In this document: positions 1 through 10,235 of the stretch, in pieces | How positions within the stretch are numbered: the first letter of the stretch is position 1 | Layout of the letters: every line of letters starts with the position of its first letter | Assembly: GCA_965219995.1 (NCBI GenBank) | Contig: CBDCOX010000002.1 | Span: 768,001 to 832,000, forward strand | Length of the DNA: 64,000 nucleotides | DNA from: Candidatus Latescibacterota bacterium | GTDB lineage: Bacteria > Latescibacterota > UBA2968 > GCA-2709665 | Direction: 5' to 3' | Translations under genes and position numbers: made by a program | Notes under the pieces: model-generated | The model's database searches: none | What the model was told of the DNA's origin: nothing | Seen by the model: the letters and a program-made list of their open reading frames with translations, nothing else

Positions 1-748
1 ATTCCTCGCGAATCCAATCGTAGCCTTCGGCTTCCAGCTTCTGAGAGAGTTCCTTGCCGCCCGATTTGACGATTCGGCCGTTCAGAAGTACATGCACGAA
101 GTCGGGTACGATGTAGTTCAGTAGCCGCTGATAGTGGGTGACCACCAGGACCGCGCCTTCAGGGGTCTTGCGGTGAAGCGTATTCACGCCGTTGGCCACG
201 ATTTTCAGCGCGTCGATGTCAAGCCCGGAATCCGTTTCGTCCATAATGGCCAGCCTGGGTTCGAGCATTGCCATCTGAAAAATCTCGTTGCGTTTCTTCT
301 CGCCCCCGGAGAATCCCTCGTTGACCGACCGGTTGAGAAAGGACTCGTCCATTTCCACCAGCTTGAGCTTCTCCCTGGAGAGCGCAAGGAAATCCATCGC
401 GTCGAATTCGTCCTGGCCCCGTGCCTTGCGGAGTTCGTTGAGTGCCGTCCTGAGAAAATAGGCGCTGTTTACGCCGGGAATTTCCACAGGATATTGAAAG
501 GCCATGAAGATGCCGGCCTGGGCGCGTTCTTCCGGATCCAGTTCCAGCAGGTCTACCCCCTCGTATTGTACCGAGCCGCGGGTCACCTCGTACTCTTCCC
601 GTCCGGCCAGTACCTGGGCAAGGGTGCTCTTGCCGGATCCGTTGGGACCCATAATGGCGTGAATTTCGCCTGCGTTGACTCTCAGGTTGATACCGGAAAG
701 GATGCGGGCGCCTTCGACGCTTGCGTGCAGGTCGTTGATTTCCAGCAT
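1..748 (-). CDS. sufC: Fe-S cluster assembly ATPase SufC (3' end runs off the window)
   Basis: Manual translation from ATG at 748: [13 protein letters not shown]..., Walker [22 protein letters not shown], and C-terminal [20 protein letters not shown]...GYDWI. Lies directly downstream of sufB. Absent from the ORF track because the frame is open at the window edge. Confidence 0.95.
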   Translation of the reverse strand, partial: MLEINDLHASVEGARILSGINLRVNAGEIHAIMGPNGSGKSTLAQVLAGREEYEVTRGSVQYEGVDLLELDPEERAQAGIFMAFQYPVEIPGVNSAYFLRTALNELRKARGQDEFDAMDFLALSREKLKLVEMDESFLNRSVNEGFSGGEKKRNEIFQMAMLEPRLAIMDETDSGLDIDALKIVANGVNTLHRKTPEGAVLVVTHYQRLLNYIVPDFVHVLLNGRIVKSGGKELSQKLEAEGYDWIREE

Positions 749-873
749 TCGTGTTCCTCTTTGAAAACTGTCGATGGTACGGGGGTGAAGTCCGGATTAA
801 CGGGTCGTTTACGCGGGCCTCCAGGGAAGCCGTCGATGCGTTTGAGGGTTCTCCGTTCGTCGCCGGATGTGCA

Positions 874-2352
874 CTATCCGACGCTGCCTTCCAGGCTGAT
901 GCCAAGCAGCTTCTGCGCTTCAACGGCGAATTCCATGGGGAGTTCTGCCAGCACCTCCTTGCAGAAGCCGTTGACGATCATGGAGACGGCGTCTTCGGTG
1001 GAAATACCACGCTGGTTGCAGTAGAAAATCTGATCTTCGCCGATCTTCGAGGTGGAGGCTTCGTGCTCTACCTGCGAGGTGGTGTTCCTTACGTCGATGT
1101 AAGGGAAGGTGTGCGCCCCGCATTGGTCGCCGATGAGCATCGAGTCGCATTGCGTGAAGTTTCGGGCGTTTGCCGCGCCCTTCAGAACCTGGACCCGTCC
1201 CCTGTAGGTGTTCTGACCGTTCTTCGCGGAAATGCCCTTCGATACGATGGTGCTGCGCGTGTTCCTGCCAAGGTGAATCATCTTGGTGCCCGTATCGGCC
1301 TGCTGGCGCCCGCTGGTAACGGCCACGGAATAGAATTCTCCGATGGAGTTGTCGCCCTGGAGGATGCAACTGGGATATTTCCAGGTGATGGCCGACCCGG
1401 TTTCCACCTGTGTCCAGGAAATCTTGGCATTCGCGCCGCGGCAGGCGCCGCGTTTGGTCACGAAATTGTAGATGCCGCCGACGCCGTTTTCGTCACCGGG
1501 ATACCAGTTCTGAACGGTTGAGTATTTGATCTGCGCGTCGTCCAGGGCAACCAGTTCCACAACGGCCGCGTGGAGCTGATTCTCGTCTCTCTGCGGGGCG
1601 GTGCAACCTTCGAGATAGGATACGTAGGCTCCTTCTTCGGCAACGATGAGCGTCCGTTCGAACTGGCCCGTATTGGCGGCGTTGATGCGGAAGTACGTCG
1701 ACAGCTCCATCGGACACCGCACGCCCCGGGGGATGTAGCAGAAAGAGCCGTCGGTAAAGACGGCGGAGTTCAGCGCGGCGAAGTAATTGTCGTTGTACGG
1801 CACGACGGAACCGAGATACTTCCTCACCAGTTCGGGGTGTTCGTGCACCGCTTCCGAAAACGAACAGAAGATGACTCCCAGTTCGGAAAGCTTGTCCTTG
1901 AATGTGGTGGCCACGGAAACGCTGTCGAAAACGGCGTCGACCGCCACGCCAGCCAGTATCTTCTGCTCCTCGAGGGGGATGCCCAGTTTTTCGTAGGTCC
2001 GGAGGATTTCAGGGTCTACCTCTTCCAGGCTCTGCAGCGTTTCCGCCTTCTTCGGCGCCGAGTAATAGATGATTTTCTGGTAGTCGATATCAGGATAATC
2101 GACCATCGCCCAATGCCGGCTACGCTTGCGACGGGTCGGATCTTCCATCTTGAGCCAGTTGTGATAGGCTTTAAGCCGCCATTGCAACAACCAGTCGGGT
2201 TCGCTCTTCTTCATGGAAATGAAGGCGATGATATCCTCGCTCAGACCCGGGGGCGCCGCGTCCTGCTCGATGTCCGTTACGAAGCCGTATTTATACTCTC
2301 TGGTTGCCAGTTCTTCGAGTTCCTGCACTTCGTCACTTACGATTTCGCTCAT
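874..2352 (-). CDS. sufB: Fe-S cluster assembly scaffold SufB
   Basis: Motifs [45 protein letters not shown], ending LPMEFAVEA...SLEGSVG. Confidence 0.97.
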   Translation of the reverse strand: MSEIVSDEVQELEELATREYKYGFVTDIEQDAAPPGLSEDIIAFISMKKSEPDWLLQWRLKAYHNWLKMEDPTRRKRSRHWAMVDYPDIDYQKIIYYSAPKKAETLQSLEEVDPEILRTYEKLGIPLEEQKILAGVAVDAVFDSVSVATTFKDKLSELGVIFCSFSEAVHEHPELVRKYLGSVVPYNDNYFAALNSAVFTDGSFCYIPRGVRCPMELSTYFRINAANTGQFERTLIVAEEGAYVSYLEGCTAPQRDENQLHAAVVELVALDDAQIKYSTVQNWYPGDENGVGGIYNFVTKRGACRGANAKISWTQVETGSAITWKYPSCILQGDNSIGEFYSVAVTSGRQQADTGTKMIHLGRNTRSTIVSKGISAKNGQNTYRGRVQVLKGAANARNFTQCDSMLIGDQCGAHTFPYIDVRNTTSQVEHEASTSKIGEDQIFYCNQRGISTEDAVSMIVNGFCKEVLAELPMEFAVEAQKLLGISLEGSVG

Positions 2353-2437
2353 CGTGCGCTCCTTTCATCGCCTGAAAGGGCATTAGTTATGTTGCATTTT
2401 CTGCGACGTGACAATAATGTTTCCTGAATTCAACCGT

Positions 2438-2466
2438 AACATACCCAATACGCATCCATGTGTCAA
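2438..2466 (-). promoter_or_regulatory. sigma70-like promoter of the suf operon
   Basis: Minus strand TTGACA (2466-2461), 17 bp spacer, TATGTT (2443-2438). Confidence 0.55.
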
Positions 2467-2689
2467 GATTAAAAATGTACGAAAAAGTCAAGTTTGCCGG
2501 ATCCGCCTCGCGCCGGGCCGGACGCATCCGGCGGATGGGATGTCTGACGGGTGCTTTTCCCTTGACAGAAGCGTCAGGTTTTCGCTTATTTACCGCCGTC
2601 GGTCCCGAACGCGTACGGCGTTGGAATTCAGGCCCGCGCCGGCACGCCGCTCCTCCTTGCCGCGCGTCACCTCATGAGGCCCCGATACG

Positions 2690-3109
2690 ATGCTGGATCA
2701 ATATGCCAATGTCCTGATTTTTCTGGGGATCGGCGGGCTCTTCGTGGTGGTCAATCTGTTCATCGGCAGTCTGATCCGGCCCCGGAATCCCAGCGCGGAG
2801 AAACTGAGTACGTACGAATGCGGTGAAGAGCCGGTGGGTGGATCGTGGATTCAGTTCAATATCCGGTTCTACGTGATTGCCCTGGATTTCATCATCTTCG
2901 ACGTCGAAGTCGTACTGCTGTATCCGTGGGCGGTAGTGGCGAATGATTTCGGCTGGTACGGCTTCGGTGCAATGTCTGTTTTCGTGGTGGTGCTCCTGCT
3001 CGGCCTGGCGTATGCCTGGCGGAAGGGGGCCCTCGAATGGGTTCGTCCCAAGCTGCCGGAACGGCAGGCGCCGGTGGCCGCTTCGACAACCGGAAGCCGC
3101 GTGGGCTGA
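2690..3109 (+). CDS. nuoA: NADH-quinone oxidoreductase subunit A
   Basis: YECGEEP, RFYVIALDFIIFDVEVVLLYPWA, YAWRKGALEW. Confidence 0.96.
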   Translation: MLDQYANVLIFLGIGGLFVVVNLFIGSLIRPRNPSAEKLSTYECGEEPVGGSWIQFNIRFYVIALDFIIFDVEVVLLYPWAVVANDFGWYGFGAMSVFVVVLLLGLAYAWRKGALEWVRPKLPERQAPVAASTTGSRVG

Positions 3110-3243
3110 TCCGCCGGCCCGAACTGAGCCCGTCGCGAGCGCGGGAACCGAATCGCGGCCGGCCTTTTCTGCTTGTCCACGTTCAATTCGCGGCGTTTCA
3201 CGGCAATCAGTCAGGCTGACTGCTTCAGGAGGCAGGCCCATCC

Positions 3244-3729
3244 ATGGGTAAGCTCACAGGTCGTTTCCAGGATAACGTCATCGTGACGTCGGTCGATTAT
3301 TTCGTCAACTGGGCGCGGTTGTCTTCGCTCTGGCCGATGACGTTCGGACTGGCGTGCTGCGCGATCGAAATGATGGCCACGGGCGCGTCGCGATACGACT
3401 GGTCGCGTCTGGGCATGGTCCCGCGCGCCACACCCCGGCAGTCCGATCTGATGATCGTGGCCGGTACGGTGACCCTGAAAATGGCCACTCGCGTGAAGAA
3501 GCTGTACGACCAGATGGCTGAGCCCCGGTACGTGATGTCCATGGGCTGCTGCGCCACGTCCGGTGGGCCGTACTGGCAGCACGGTTACCACGTTTTGAAG
3601 GGTGTTGACCGGGTCGTACCGGTCGACATCTATGTCCCGGGATGTCCGCCGAGGCCGGAGGCCCTGCTCGAAGGCGTCATGAAACTCCAGGACAAGATCC
3701 GCATCGATTCCATCGCGAAAGTGAGCTGA
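3244..3729 (+). CDS. nuoB: NADH-quinone oxidoreductase subunit B
   Basis: [34 protein letters not shown] (N2 cluster ligands). Confidence 0.97.
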   Translation: MGKLTGRFQDNVIVTSVDYFVNWARLSSLWPMTFGLACCAIEMMATGASRYDWSRLGMVPRATPRQSDLMIVAGTVTLKMATRVKKLYDQMAEPRYVMSMGCCATSGGPYWQHGYHVLKGVDRVVPVDIYVPGCPPRPEALLEGVMKLQDKIRIDSIAKVS

Positions 3730-3772
3730 GTTTCGTCCGCCGTCTTTCCCGGACGGCGGGTGGAGGCAATCT

Positions 3773-4243
3773 ATGACACCGCAGGAGATCTTCCACCGGC
3801 TGAAAGCGACGTTCGGCGACCGGGTTCTGGATCTGACCGAAAACGTGGATCCGTTCATCCGGGTAGATGCCGGCGCGATTGCCGAAATCGGTCTGTACCT
3901 GCGGGACGACGAGGCGATGCGGTTCGAGTCTCTGATGTGTCTGAGCGGGGTGGATTATCCTGAACACCTTGCGGTGGTCTATCATCTGTTTTCCACGTCT
4001 TTGGGGCACAAGGTGACTTTGAAGACGGAGGTGGGGAGAAACGATCCCCATGTGCCGTCCGTGGAAGGGGTATGGCGGGTGGCGAACTGGCACGAGCGCG
4101 AAACGTACGACATGTTCGGGATCGTTTTCGACGGCCACAGCGACCTGCGGCGCATTCTGTGTCCCGACGACTGGGAAGGCTGGCCCCTGCGCAAGGATTA
4201 CGAGGTGCAGGAATATTATCGCGGCATCAGGGTTGAGGTATAA
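3773..4243 (+). CDS. nuoC: NADH-quinone oxidoreductase subunit C
   Basis: ANWHERETYDMFGIVFDGH, GWPLRKDY. Confidence 0.96.
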   Translation: MTPQEIFHRLKATFGDRVLDLTENVDPFIRVDAGAIAEIGLYLRDDEAMRFESLMCLSGVDYPEHLAVVYHLFSTSLGHKVTLKTEVGRNDPHVPSVEGVWRVANWHERETYDMFGIVFDGHSDLRRILCPDDWEGWPLRKDYEVQEYYRGIRVEV

Positions 4244-4246
4244 ATC

Positions 4247-5446
4247 ATGGCAGGGATTCCACGGGCGGCGGCAGAGGTGACGGTGGAGCGGCCGGGTCTG
4301 CCGCCGGCAGCGGACATGGGGGGCGACAATCTCACCAGCGAACTGATGACCATTAATATGGGACCCCAGCACCCGAGTACGCACGGGGTGCTGCGTCTGG
4401 AGATTAGGACCGACGGAGAAATCGTCGAAGAGGCGAAACCCCATATTGGCTATCTGCATCGATGCTTTGAAAAGCATGCCGAGAACCTGCCGTATCCGCA
4501 GGTGATTCCGTTCACGGACCGAATGGATTATCTCGCGGCGATGAACAACAACATGGGGTATGTGCTGGCGGTGGAGAAACTCCTGGGGCTCGAGATTCCG
4601 GAGCGCGTGGAGTACATCCGGGTCATCATGTGCGAGTTGAACCGGATCGCGAGTCATCTGGTTTCGTTCGGGACCTATGGAATGGATATCGGGGCGTTTA
4701 CGCCCTTTTTGTTTGCCTTCCGGGAACGGGAGGATATTTTCGACCTGTTTGAAATGACGTGCGGAGCCCGGATGTTGTATAACTACATCTGGGTGGGCGG
4801 GGTCTCACACGATCTGCCGCCCGGATTCGTGGAGCGCTGCCGGCACTTCCTGGACGCGTTCGAAGGGAAGCTGAAAGAGTATAATGACCTGCTGACGTAC
4901 AATAAGATCTTCATTGAACGTACGGCCAACGTCGGCGTGCTTGCGCTGAAGTCGGCGTACAGCCACAACATTACCGGCCCCAATCTTCGGGGGTGCGGGG
5001 TGAAGTGGGACCTGCGCAGGGACGAACCGTACTCAATATACGACCGGTTCGAGTTCGACGTGCCTTCTGGCAGGGGAGAGATGGGGACTCTGGGAGATTG
5101 CTGGGACCGGTACATGGTGCGGATTCGCGAGATGGAGCAAAGCGCCAGGATCGTATCCCAGGCGCTCGATCAGTTGCCGGAGGGCGGCGACGTACAGGCG
5201 GCGGTACCCCGAAACGTGCGTCCGCCCAAAGACGCCGAGTGTTACGTTCGCAGCGAAAACCCCCGGGGCGAACTGGGGGTCTACGTCATCAGCGACGGTT
5301 CAAACGTGCCGTACCGGGTACGGGTGAAGTCTCCGTGCTTCACGGTGATGAGTGTATTTGACGAACTTGCCCGGGGCCATTATCTGGCGGACATTATCGC
5401 CATTATCGGAAGCATCGATATCGTACTGGGCGAGATCGATCGTTAG
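4247..5446 (+). CDS. nuoD: NADH-quinone oxidoreductase subunit D
   Basis: NMGPQHPSTHGVLRL, GYLHR, DRMDY, ends DIVLGEIDR. Confidence 0.97.
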   Translation: MAGIPRAAAEVTVERPGLPPAADMGGDNLTSELMTINMGPQHPSTHGVLRLEIRTDGEIVEEAKPHIGYLHRCFEKHAENLPYPQVIPFTDRMDYLAAMNNNMGYVLAVEKLLGLEIPERVEYIRVIMCELNRIASHLVSFGTYGMDIGAFTPFLFAFREREDIFDLFEMTCGARMLYNYIWVGGVSHDLPPGFVERCRHFLDAFEGKLKEYNDLLTYNKIFIERTANVGVLALKSAYSHNITGPNLRGCGVKWDLRRDEPYSIYDRFEFDVPSGRGEMGTLGDCWDRYMVRIREMEQSARIVSQALDQLPEGGDVQAAVPRNVRPPKDAECYVRSENPRGELGVYVISDGSNVPYRVRVKSPCFTVMSVFDELARGHYLADIIAIIGSIDIVLGEIDR

Positions 5447-5455
5447 GATTGCCTT

Positions 5456-6628
5456 ATGCTCGAATTAGCGGCGGCGCTCGCAGATCAGGTGGGATTCTTG
5501 AGCGCGGTACCGATCGGTCTGCTGTCCGTTGCGCTGGGGCTGCTCGCCGGAATCGTGGTCGTAACGCTCGTCGCCGTTCTGGGCCTGATCATGGTTTATA
5601 TGGAAATGAAGATTTCCGCCCACATCCAGGACCGATTGGGGCCGATGCGAACCGGGGGTTGGCACGGCTGGGCACAGCCGATTGCCGACGGCGTCAAGCT
5701 TCTGCTGAAGGAGGACATCATTCCGGCAGCTGCGGATAAGGGCCTGTTCATACTGGCGCCTCTTCTCGTCTTTTCCGGAACCCTGGCGATCTTCGTGTGC
5801 ATTCCGTTCGGCGGCAGCCTTATCGTGAGCGATCTCAACATCGGGGTCTTTTATATTCTCGCCATCTCGTCGCTGGGCGTGCTCGGGATTCTCATGGCCG
5901 GATGGGCGTCCAACAACAAGTGGTCTCTGCTGGGCGCGATGCGCTCCGCCGCGCAGGTCGTCAGCTACGAGATTCCCGTGGCCATGGCGTTTTTGAGTGT
6001 GATCCCGCTTGTGGGCACGCTGAGCACGCAGGAACTGGTCGCGGCGCAGTCCGGATCGATATATCACTGGTTCGTTTTTCGCAATCCCTTTACGTTCCTC
6101 GCGTTCATTCTTTACTTCATCGCCTCGCTTGCAGAGGTCAACCGGACGCCGTTCGATATCCCCGAAGCCGAATCCGAACTGGTGGCGGGGTACCACACCG
6201 AATACAGCGGTATGCGATTCTCGTTCTTTTTCGTCGCGGAATACGCGGCGATGGTTGCCGTGGGCATGGTCGGGGCGGTCGTGTTTCTGGGGGGCTGGCA
6301 GGCGCCGTGGGGCGGCTCGTTCCCGGCCGGTCCCGTCTGGATGATCGGAAAGGGACTGTTGCTGGTCGCGGTGCAGATGTGGATTCGCTGGACCCTTCCG
6401 CGGTTGCGCGTCGATCAGTTGATGTTCGTGGGCTGGAAGGTGCTCACGCCGGCCGCGTTCCTCTGCATGCTGGGATCGGTCGTCTGGCACTTTGCCGCTC
6501 CGGAGTGGCTGCAGGAACTCGCCAAGGTGGGACTGATGGGCGTGATGGCTGTCGTTCTCGCTTTCCTCTTGCGTTCTGCCGCCCAGGGACTGATGCAGGG
6601 GCGGACACAGCGCGCCCACACGGCATAA
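5456..6628 (+). CDS. nuoH: NADH-quinone oxidoreductase subunit H
   Basis: [49 protein letters not shown]. Confidence 0.97.
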   Translation: MLELAAALADQVGFLSAVPIGLLSVALGLLAGIVVVTLVAVLGLIMVYMEMKISAHIQDRLGPMRTGGWHGWAQPIADGVKLLLKEDIIPAAADKGLFILAPLLVFSGTLAIFVCIPFGGSLIVSDLNIGVFYILAISSLGVLGILMAGWASNNKWSLLGAMRSAAQVVSYEIPVAMAFLSVIPLVGTLSTQELVAAQSGSIYHWFVFRNPFTFLAFILYFIASLAEVNRTPFDIPEAESELVAGYHTEYSGMRFSFFFVAEYAAMVAVGMVGAVVFLGGWQAPWGGSFPAGPVWMIGKGLLLVAVQMWIRWTLPRLRVDQLMFVGWKVLTPAAFLCMLGSVVWHFAAPEWLQELAKVGLMGVMAVVLAFLLRSAAQGLMQGRTQRAHTA

Positions 6629-6673
6629 GGTCCCACTCAGGAATCTACGGACTCCTTCTCCATAGGTGACGCA

Positions 6674-7159
6674 ATGGCATCGTATTTCAGGAATCTCTAT
6701 CAGTCGGCTGCTTCCATCTGGACAGGCTTGAATATCACGCTGAAGCATCTGTTCACGCCTTCGATTACACTGGAGTACCCGGACGAGCGCTGGCAGATGC
6801 CGGAACGGTCGCGCAACCAGTTGTTCAACGATATCGACGACTGCATCGGGTGTGATCAGTGCGCAAGAGCATGTCCGGTGGACTGCATCTACATCGAGTG
6901 CGAAAAAGCCGGTCCCGACGAGGATCTCGGCCTGACGTCCAAGGGGACCAAGAAACGGCTCAAGGTTCTCCGTTTCGACATCGACATGGGGCTTTGCTGC
7001 TATTGCGGCCTTTGTACGTATCCGTGTCCCACCGAATGCCTGATCATGACTCCGAATTACGAGTCGTCCGTCTACGACAGGACGGACCTGATCTACCGGT
7101 ACGCCCGTCCGTGGGATTACGAAAAAAAACCCGCCGACGCGGCGTCTGCGGATCGTTAA
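6674..7159 (+). CDS. nuoI: NADH-quinone oxidoreductase subunit I (2x[4Fe-4S])
   Basis: CIGCDQCARACP and CCYCGLCTYPCP ferredoxin motifs; operon position. Confidence 0.95.
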   Translation: MASYFRNLYQSAASIWTGLNITLKHLFTPSITLEYPDERWQMPERSRNQLFNDIDDCIGCDQCARACPVDCIYIECEKAGPDEDLGLTSKGTKKRLKVLRFDIDMGLCCYCGLCTYPCPTECLIMTPNYESSVYDRTDLIYRYARPWDYEKKPADAASADR

Positions 7160-7255
7160 CGGAGAGCGAAGCGTCGAAAGAAAACGCCGGAGCCGGTCCG
7201 TACGCGGGCAAGCAATCGGCTAAAGGTGAGGGACCCCCGGGGTTTGGTTGATATT

Positions 7256-7777
7256 ATGGAACTATCGACGATCGTATTCTACCTGTTTGCCGCGGTGACC
7301 GTGGGGTCGGCGGCCGCGGTCGTGTTCGTTAGCCGCCTGATCTACGCGGTGTTTGCCCTCCTGTTCACGTTTTTCGGCGTCGCCGGTCTGTACGTATTTC
7401 TCGACGCAGACTTCCTGGCGGGCGCGCAGGTGTTGATTTATGTCGGTGGAATCCTGATTCTGCTGCTCTTCGGCGTGATGTTGACCAACCGGATCTACGA
7501 TTTGAATCTGCTGTCCGAACGGGTGCAGTTTCTGCCCAGCGTGGTTGTCGTCGGCGCCGGATTTGCATTGCTGGTCATGGTGATCATGAAGACGGCGTGG
7601 CCGCTGGCGGAAGGCCCGTCACCCGCTTCCAGTACGGCGGAAATCGGCAAGTCCCTCATGACAACCTACGTCCTGCCGTTCGAAGTGGCCGGAATGCTGC
7701 TGCTGGCGGCCCTGCTCGGCGCCTCGATGCTGGCCGGAAAAGGGAAGGGGCAGGAGGAGGATGAGGGGGAGTTATGA
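7256..7777 (+). CDS. nuoJ: NADH-quinone oxidoreductase subunit J
   Basis: Hydrophobic; AQVLIYVGGILILLLFGVML, YVLPFEVAG. Start taken at ATG 7256. Confidence 0.93.
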   Translation: MELSTIVFYLFAAVTVGSAAAVVFVSRLIYAVFALLFTFFGVAGLYVFLDADFLAGAQVLIYVGGILILLLFGVMLTNRIYDLNLLSERVQFLPSVVVVGAGFALLVMVIMKTAWPLAEGPSPASSTAEIGKSLMTTYVLPFEVAGMLLLAALLGASMLAGKGKGQEEDEGEL

Positions 7778-8079
7778 TTGCACTGGAGCACTATCTGGTC
7801 GTGGCGGCCATTCTGTTTTGTCTGGGAATTCTGGCCGTTGCCACGCGCCGCAATGCGATCAGCATCCTGATGGGGGTCGAACTCATTCTGAATTCCGCCA
7901 ACCTGAATCTCGTCGCGTTCGCGCGGTTCACCGATTCGGGAATCGAAGGCCAGGTATTTGCCGTGTTCGTCATTGTCCTCGCCGCGGCCGAAGCGGCGGT
8001 TGCGCTGGCGATCGTTCTGAATATCTACCGCAATTATCAGATGGTTAACATAGACAGACTGGACTCACTGAGCGGTTGA
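7774..8079 (+). CDS. nuoK: NADH-quinone oxidoreductase subunit K
   Basis: RRNAISILMGVELILN, AAAEAAVALAI; ATGA overlap with nuoJ. Confidence 0.96.
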   Translation: MIALEHYLVVAAILFCLGILAVATRRNAISILMGVELILNSANLNLVAFARFTDSGIEGQVFAVFVIVLAAAEAAVALAIVLNIYRNYQMVNIDRLDSLSG

Positions 8080-8096
8080 CGTCTCCGGGAGAGTGA

Positions 8097-10184
8097 ATGG
8101 CCTTGGACCTGCTCCTCATCCTGATGATCCCCGTACTGCCCCTTGCGGCTTTTGCCATCCAGGCGTTCTGGGGGCGGCGCCTGCCCCGCGGGGGCGATTG
8201 GATACCCCTCGCTGCAATTTCCATTTCGTTTCTTCTTTCTCTCCGGTACTTCATCCTCGCGCTTTCTGCATACGATCCGGCCTGGCGCCTCGAATTCGAT
8301 TCGTGGATCTGGCTGGATCTGAGCATTGCGAAAATCGCCGTTGGCCTGCTGGTCGATAATATCACCGCCGTCATGTTGATCGTTGTCACGGTCGTAAGCG
8401 GACTGGTGCATCTCTATTCGGTCGGCTATATGCACGGAGACCCGCGCTATTCGCGGTTTTTCGGGTTCCTGGCCATTTTTTCGTTCTCGATGCTGGGCCT
8501 GGTTCTGGTCGATAATTTCCTGCTGCTTTACGTATTCTGGGAACTCGTGGGGCTCTCTTCCTATCTGCTGATCGGCTTCTGGTACGAAAAGCCTTCGGCG
8601 GCTGCGGCATGCAAGAAAGCGTTCCTGGTAAACCGAGTGGGGGACCTGGGCTTTTTCGTGGGCATCATGATCGTTTTCTGGAAGGTCGGCGCTTTCGATT
8701 ACGCGAGTGTCTACGACGGGGTTGCCAGCGGGAGGCTCGGCGGGGGACTGCTGACGGCTGCGGGTCTATGCCTGTTCTGCGGCGCGGTGGGCAAGTCGGC
8801 GCAGTTTCCACTGCACGTCTGGCTGCCCGACGCCATGGAAGGTCCCACGCCCGTCAGCGCCCTGATCCATGCGGCGACCATGGTTGCCGCGGGTGTGTAT
8901 ATGGTAACGAGGATGTTCCCGATCCTCACGCCGGACGCGCTTGTGGTGATTGCCTACATCGGAGCGATCACGGCAATTCTGGGCGCGACCATCGCCGTGG
9001 CGCAATACGATATCAAACGCGTCCTGGCATATTCGACCATCAGCCAGTTGGGATACATGATTATGGGACTGGGCGTCGGCGCGTACGTGGCCGGGTTTTT
9101 TCATCTGATGACGCACGCGGCGTTCAAAGCCTGTCTCTTCCTCGGATCCGGCAGCGTCATCCACGCGGTCGAACACGCGTTCCATAAGACACATAACGAC
9201 CTCGACCCACAGGATATGCGGAATATGGGCGGGCTCCGGGCGAAGATGCCGCTGACCTTCTGGACCTTTCTGATTGCGACCGTGGCCCTGTCGGGCGTGC
9301 CGCTGACCTCCGGATTCCTCAGCAAAGATGCAATACTGGCCGGAGCGCTGGGGTTCGGCGGTTTCTCCCGGCCGGTCCATTTCCTGCTGCCGTTGATCGG
9401 GTTTGCCGCGGCCGGATTGACGGCCTTTTACATGTTCCGGCTGATTTTCCTTACGTTCTACGGAAAGCCGCGGGAGGAGTCCCTTGTCGAAAACGCCCAC
9501 GAATCCCCTCGCGTAATGACCGTTCCGCTGATCGTGCTCGCGGCACTGAGTTTCTGGATCTTCTATGCCTGGAACCCGCTTGGGGGAGAGGGCTGGTTTC
9601 ACCACCTCGTGAGGGCGCCTGAAGTGGGGCTGCAAGCCGCTGGCAGCGAACCGCTGCCGGTTGGAGCCGGCGCCGATGTTTATGCGGCCGGATCGGGCAA
9701 CGACGCTGCCCACGCGGCGCACTACCCGGCGATGGTTCTCTCGCTGCTGGTTGCCGGGGCCGGCATCTATACGGCATATCGCAAGTACTACAACCGGCGG
9801 GAGGAGATGATCGCACTGGAGGCGTCGTCGCTTCAATCGGGTGGATTCTTCCGAACGTTGAACCGCAAGTGGTATTTCGACGAACTGTACGAAGCCAGCT
9901 TTGTCCGGGCGGTCATGGTCGGACGCACGGTATTGGACTGGTTCGACGCCCACATTGTAGACGGGCTCGTGAATCTGTCCGCGACGTTAACCCGGGGCAT
10001 TTCCTTTATCGATCGCCTGTTTGACGAATGGGTGGTCGACGGCCTCGTGAACGCCGTTGCCGCTGTGATCAGGTGGGCCGGCGGCGGGTTGAGACGCATT
10101 CAGACAGGACGCCTCCAGACGTACGTGGTTCTGGTGATGGGAGGCATTCTGGCGCTGATGGTCATCAGATTGATGGTTGCATGA
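8097..10184 (+). CDS. nuoL: NADH-quinone oxidoreductase subunit L
   Basis: GKSAQFPLHVWLPDAMEGPTPVSALIHAATMV, LAYSTISQLG, HAAFKA. Confidence 0.97.
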   Translation: MALDLLLILMIPVLPLAAFAIQAFWGRRLPRGGDWIPLAAISISFLLSLRYFILALSAYDPAWRLEFDSWIWLDLSIAKIAVGLLVDNITAVMLIVVTVVSGLVHLYSVGYMHGDPRYSRFFGFLAIFSFSMLGLVLVDNFLLLYVFWELVGLSSYLLIGFWYEKPSAAAACKKAFLVNRVGDLGFFVGIMIVFWKVGAFDYASVYDGVASGRLGGGLLTAAGLCLFCGAVGKSAQFPLHVWLPDAMEGPTPVSALIHAATMVAAGVYMVTRMFPILTPDALVVIAYIGAITAILGATIAVAQYDIKRVLAYSTISQLGYMIMGLGVGAYVAGFFHLMTHAAFKACLFLGSGSVIHAVEHAFHKTHNDLDPQDMRNMGGLRAKMPLTFWTFLIATVALSGVPLTSGFLSKDAILAGALGFGGFSRPVHFLLPLIGFAAAGLTAFYMFRLIFLTFYGKPREESLVENAHESPRVMTVPLIVLAALSFWIFYAWNPLGGEGWFHHLVRAPEVGLQAAGSEPLPVGAGADVYAAGSGNDAAHAAHYPAMVLSLLVAGAGIYTAYRKYYNRREEMIALEASSLQSGGFFRTLNRKWYFDELYEASFVRAVMVGRTVLDWFDAHIVDGLVNLSATLTRGISFIDRLFDEWVVDGLVNAVAAVIRWAGGGLRRIQTGRLQTYVVLVMGGILALMVIRLMVA

Positions 10185-10235
10185 CCTGCAGTGCAGCGTG
10201 TGGCGTGAGATTTCGATGAGGGAGGTAGCCGACAG

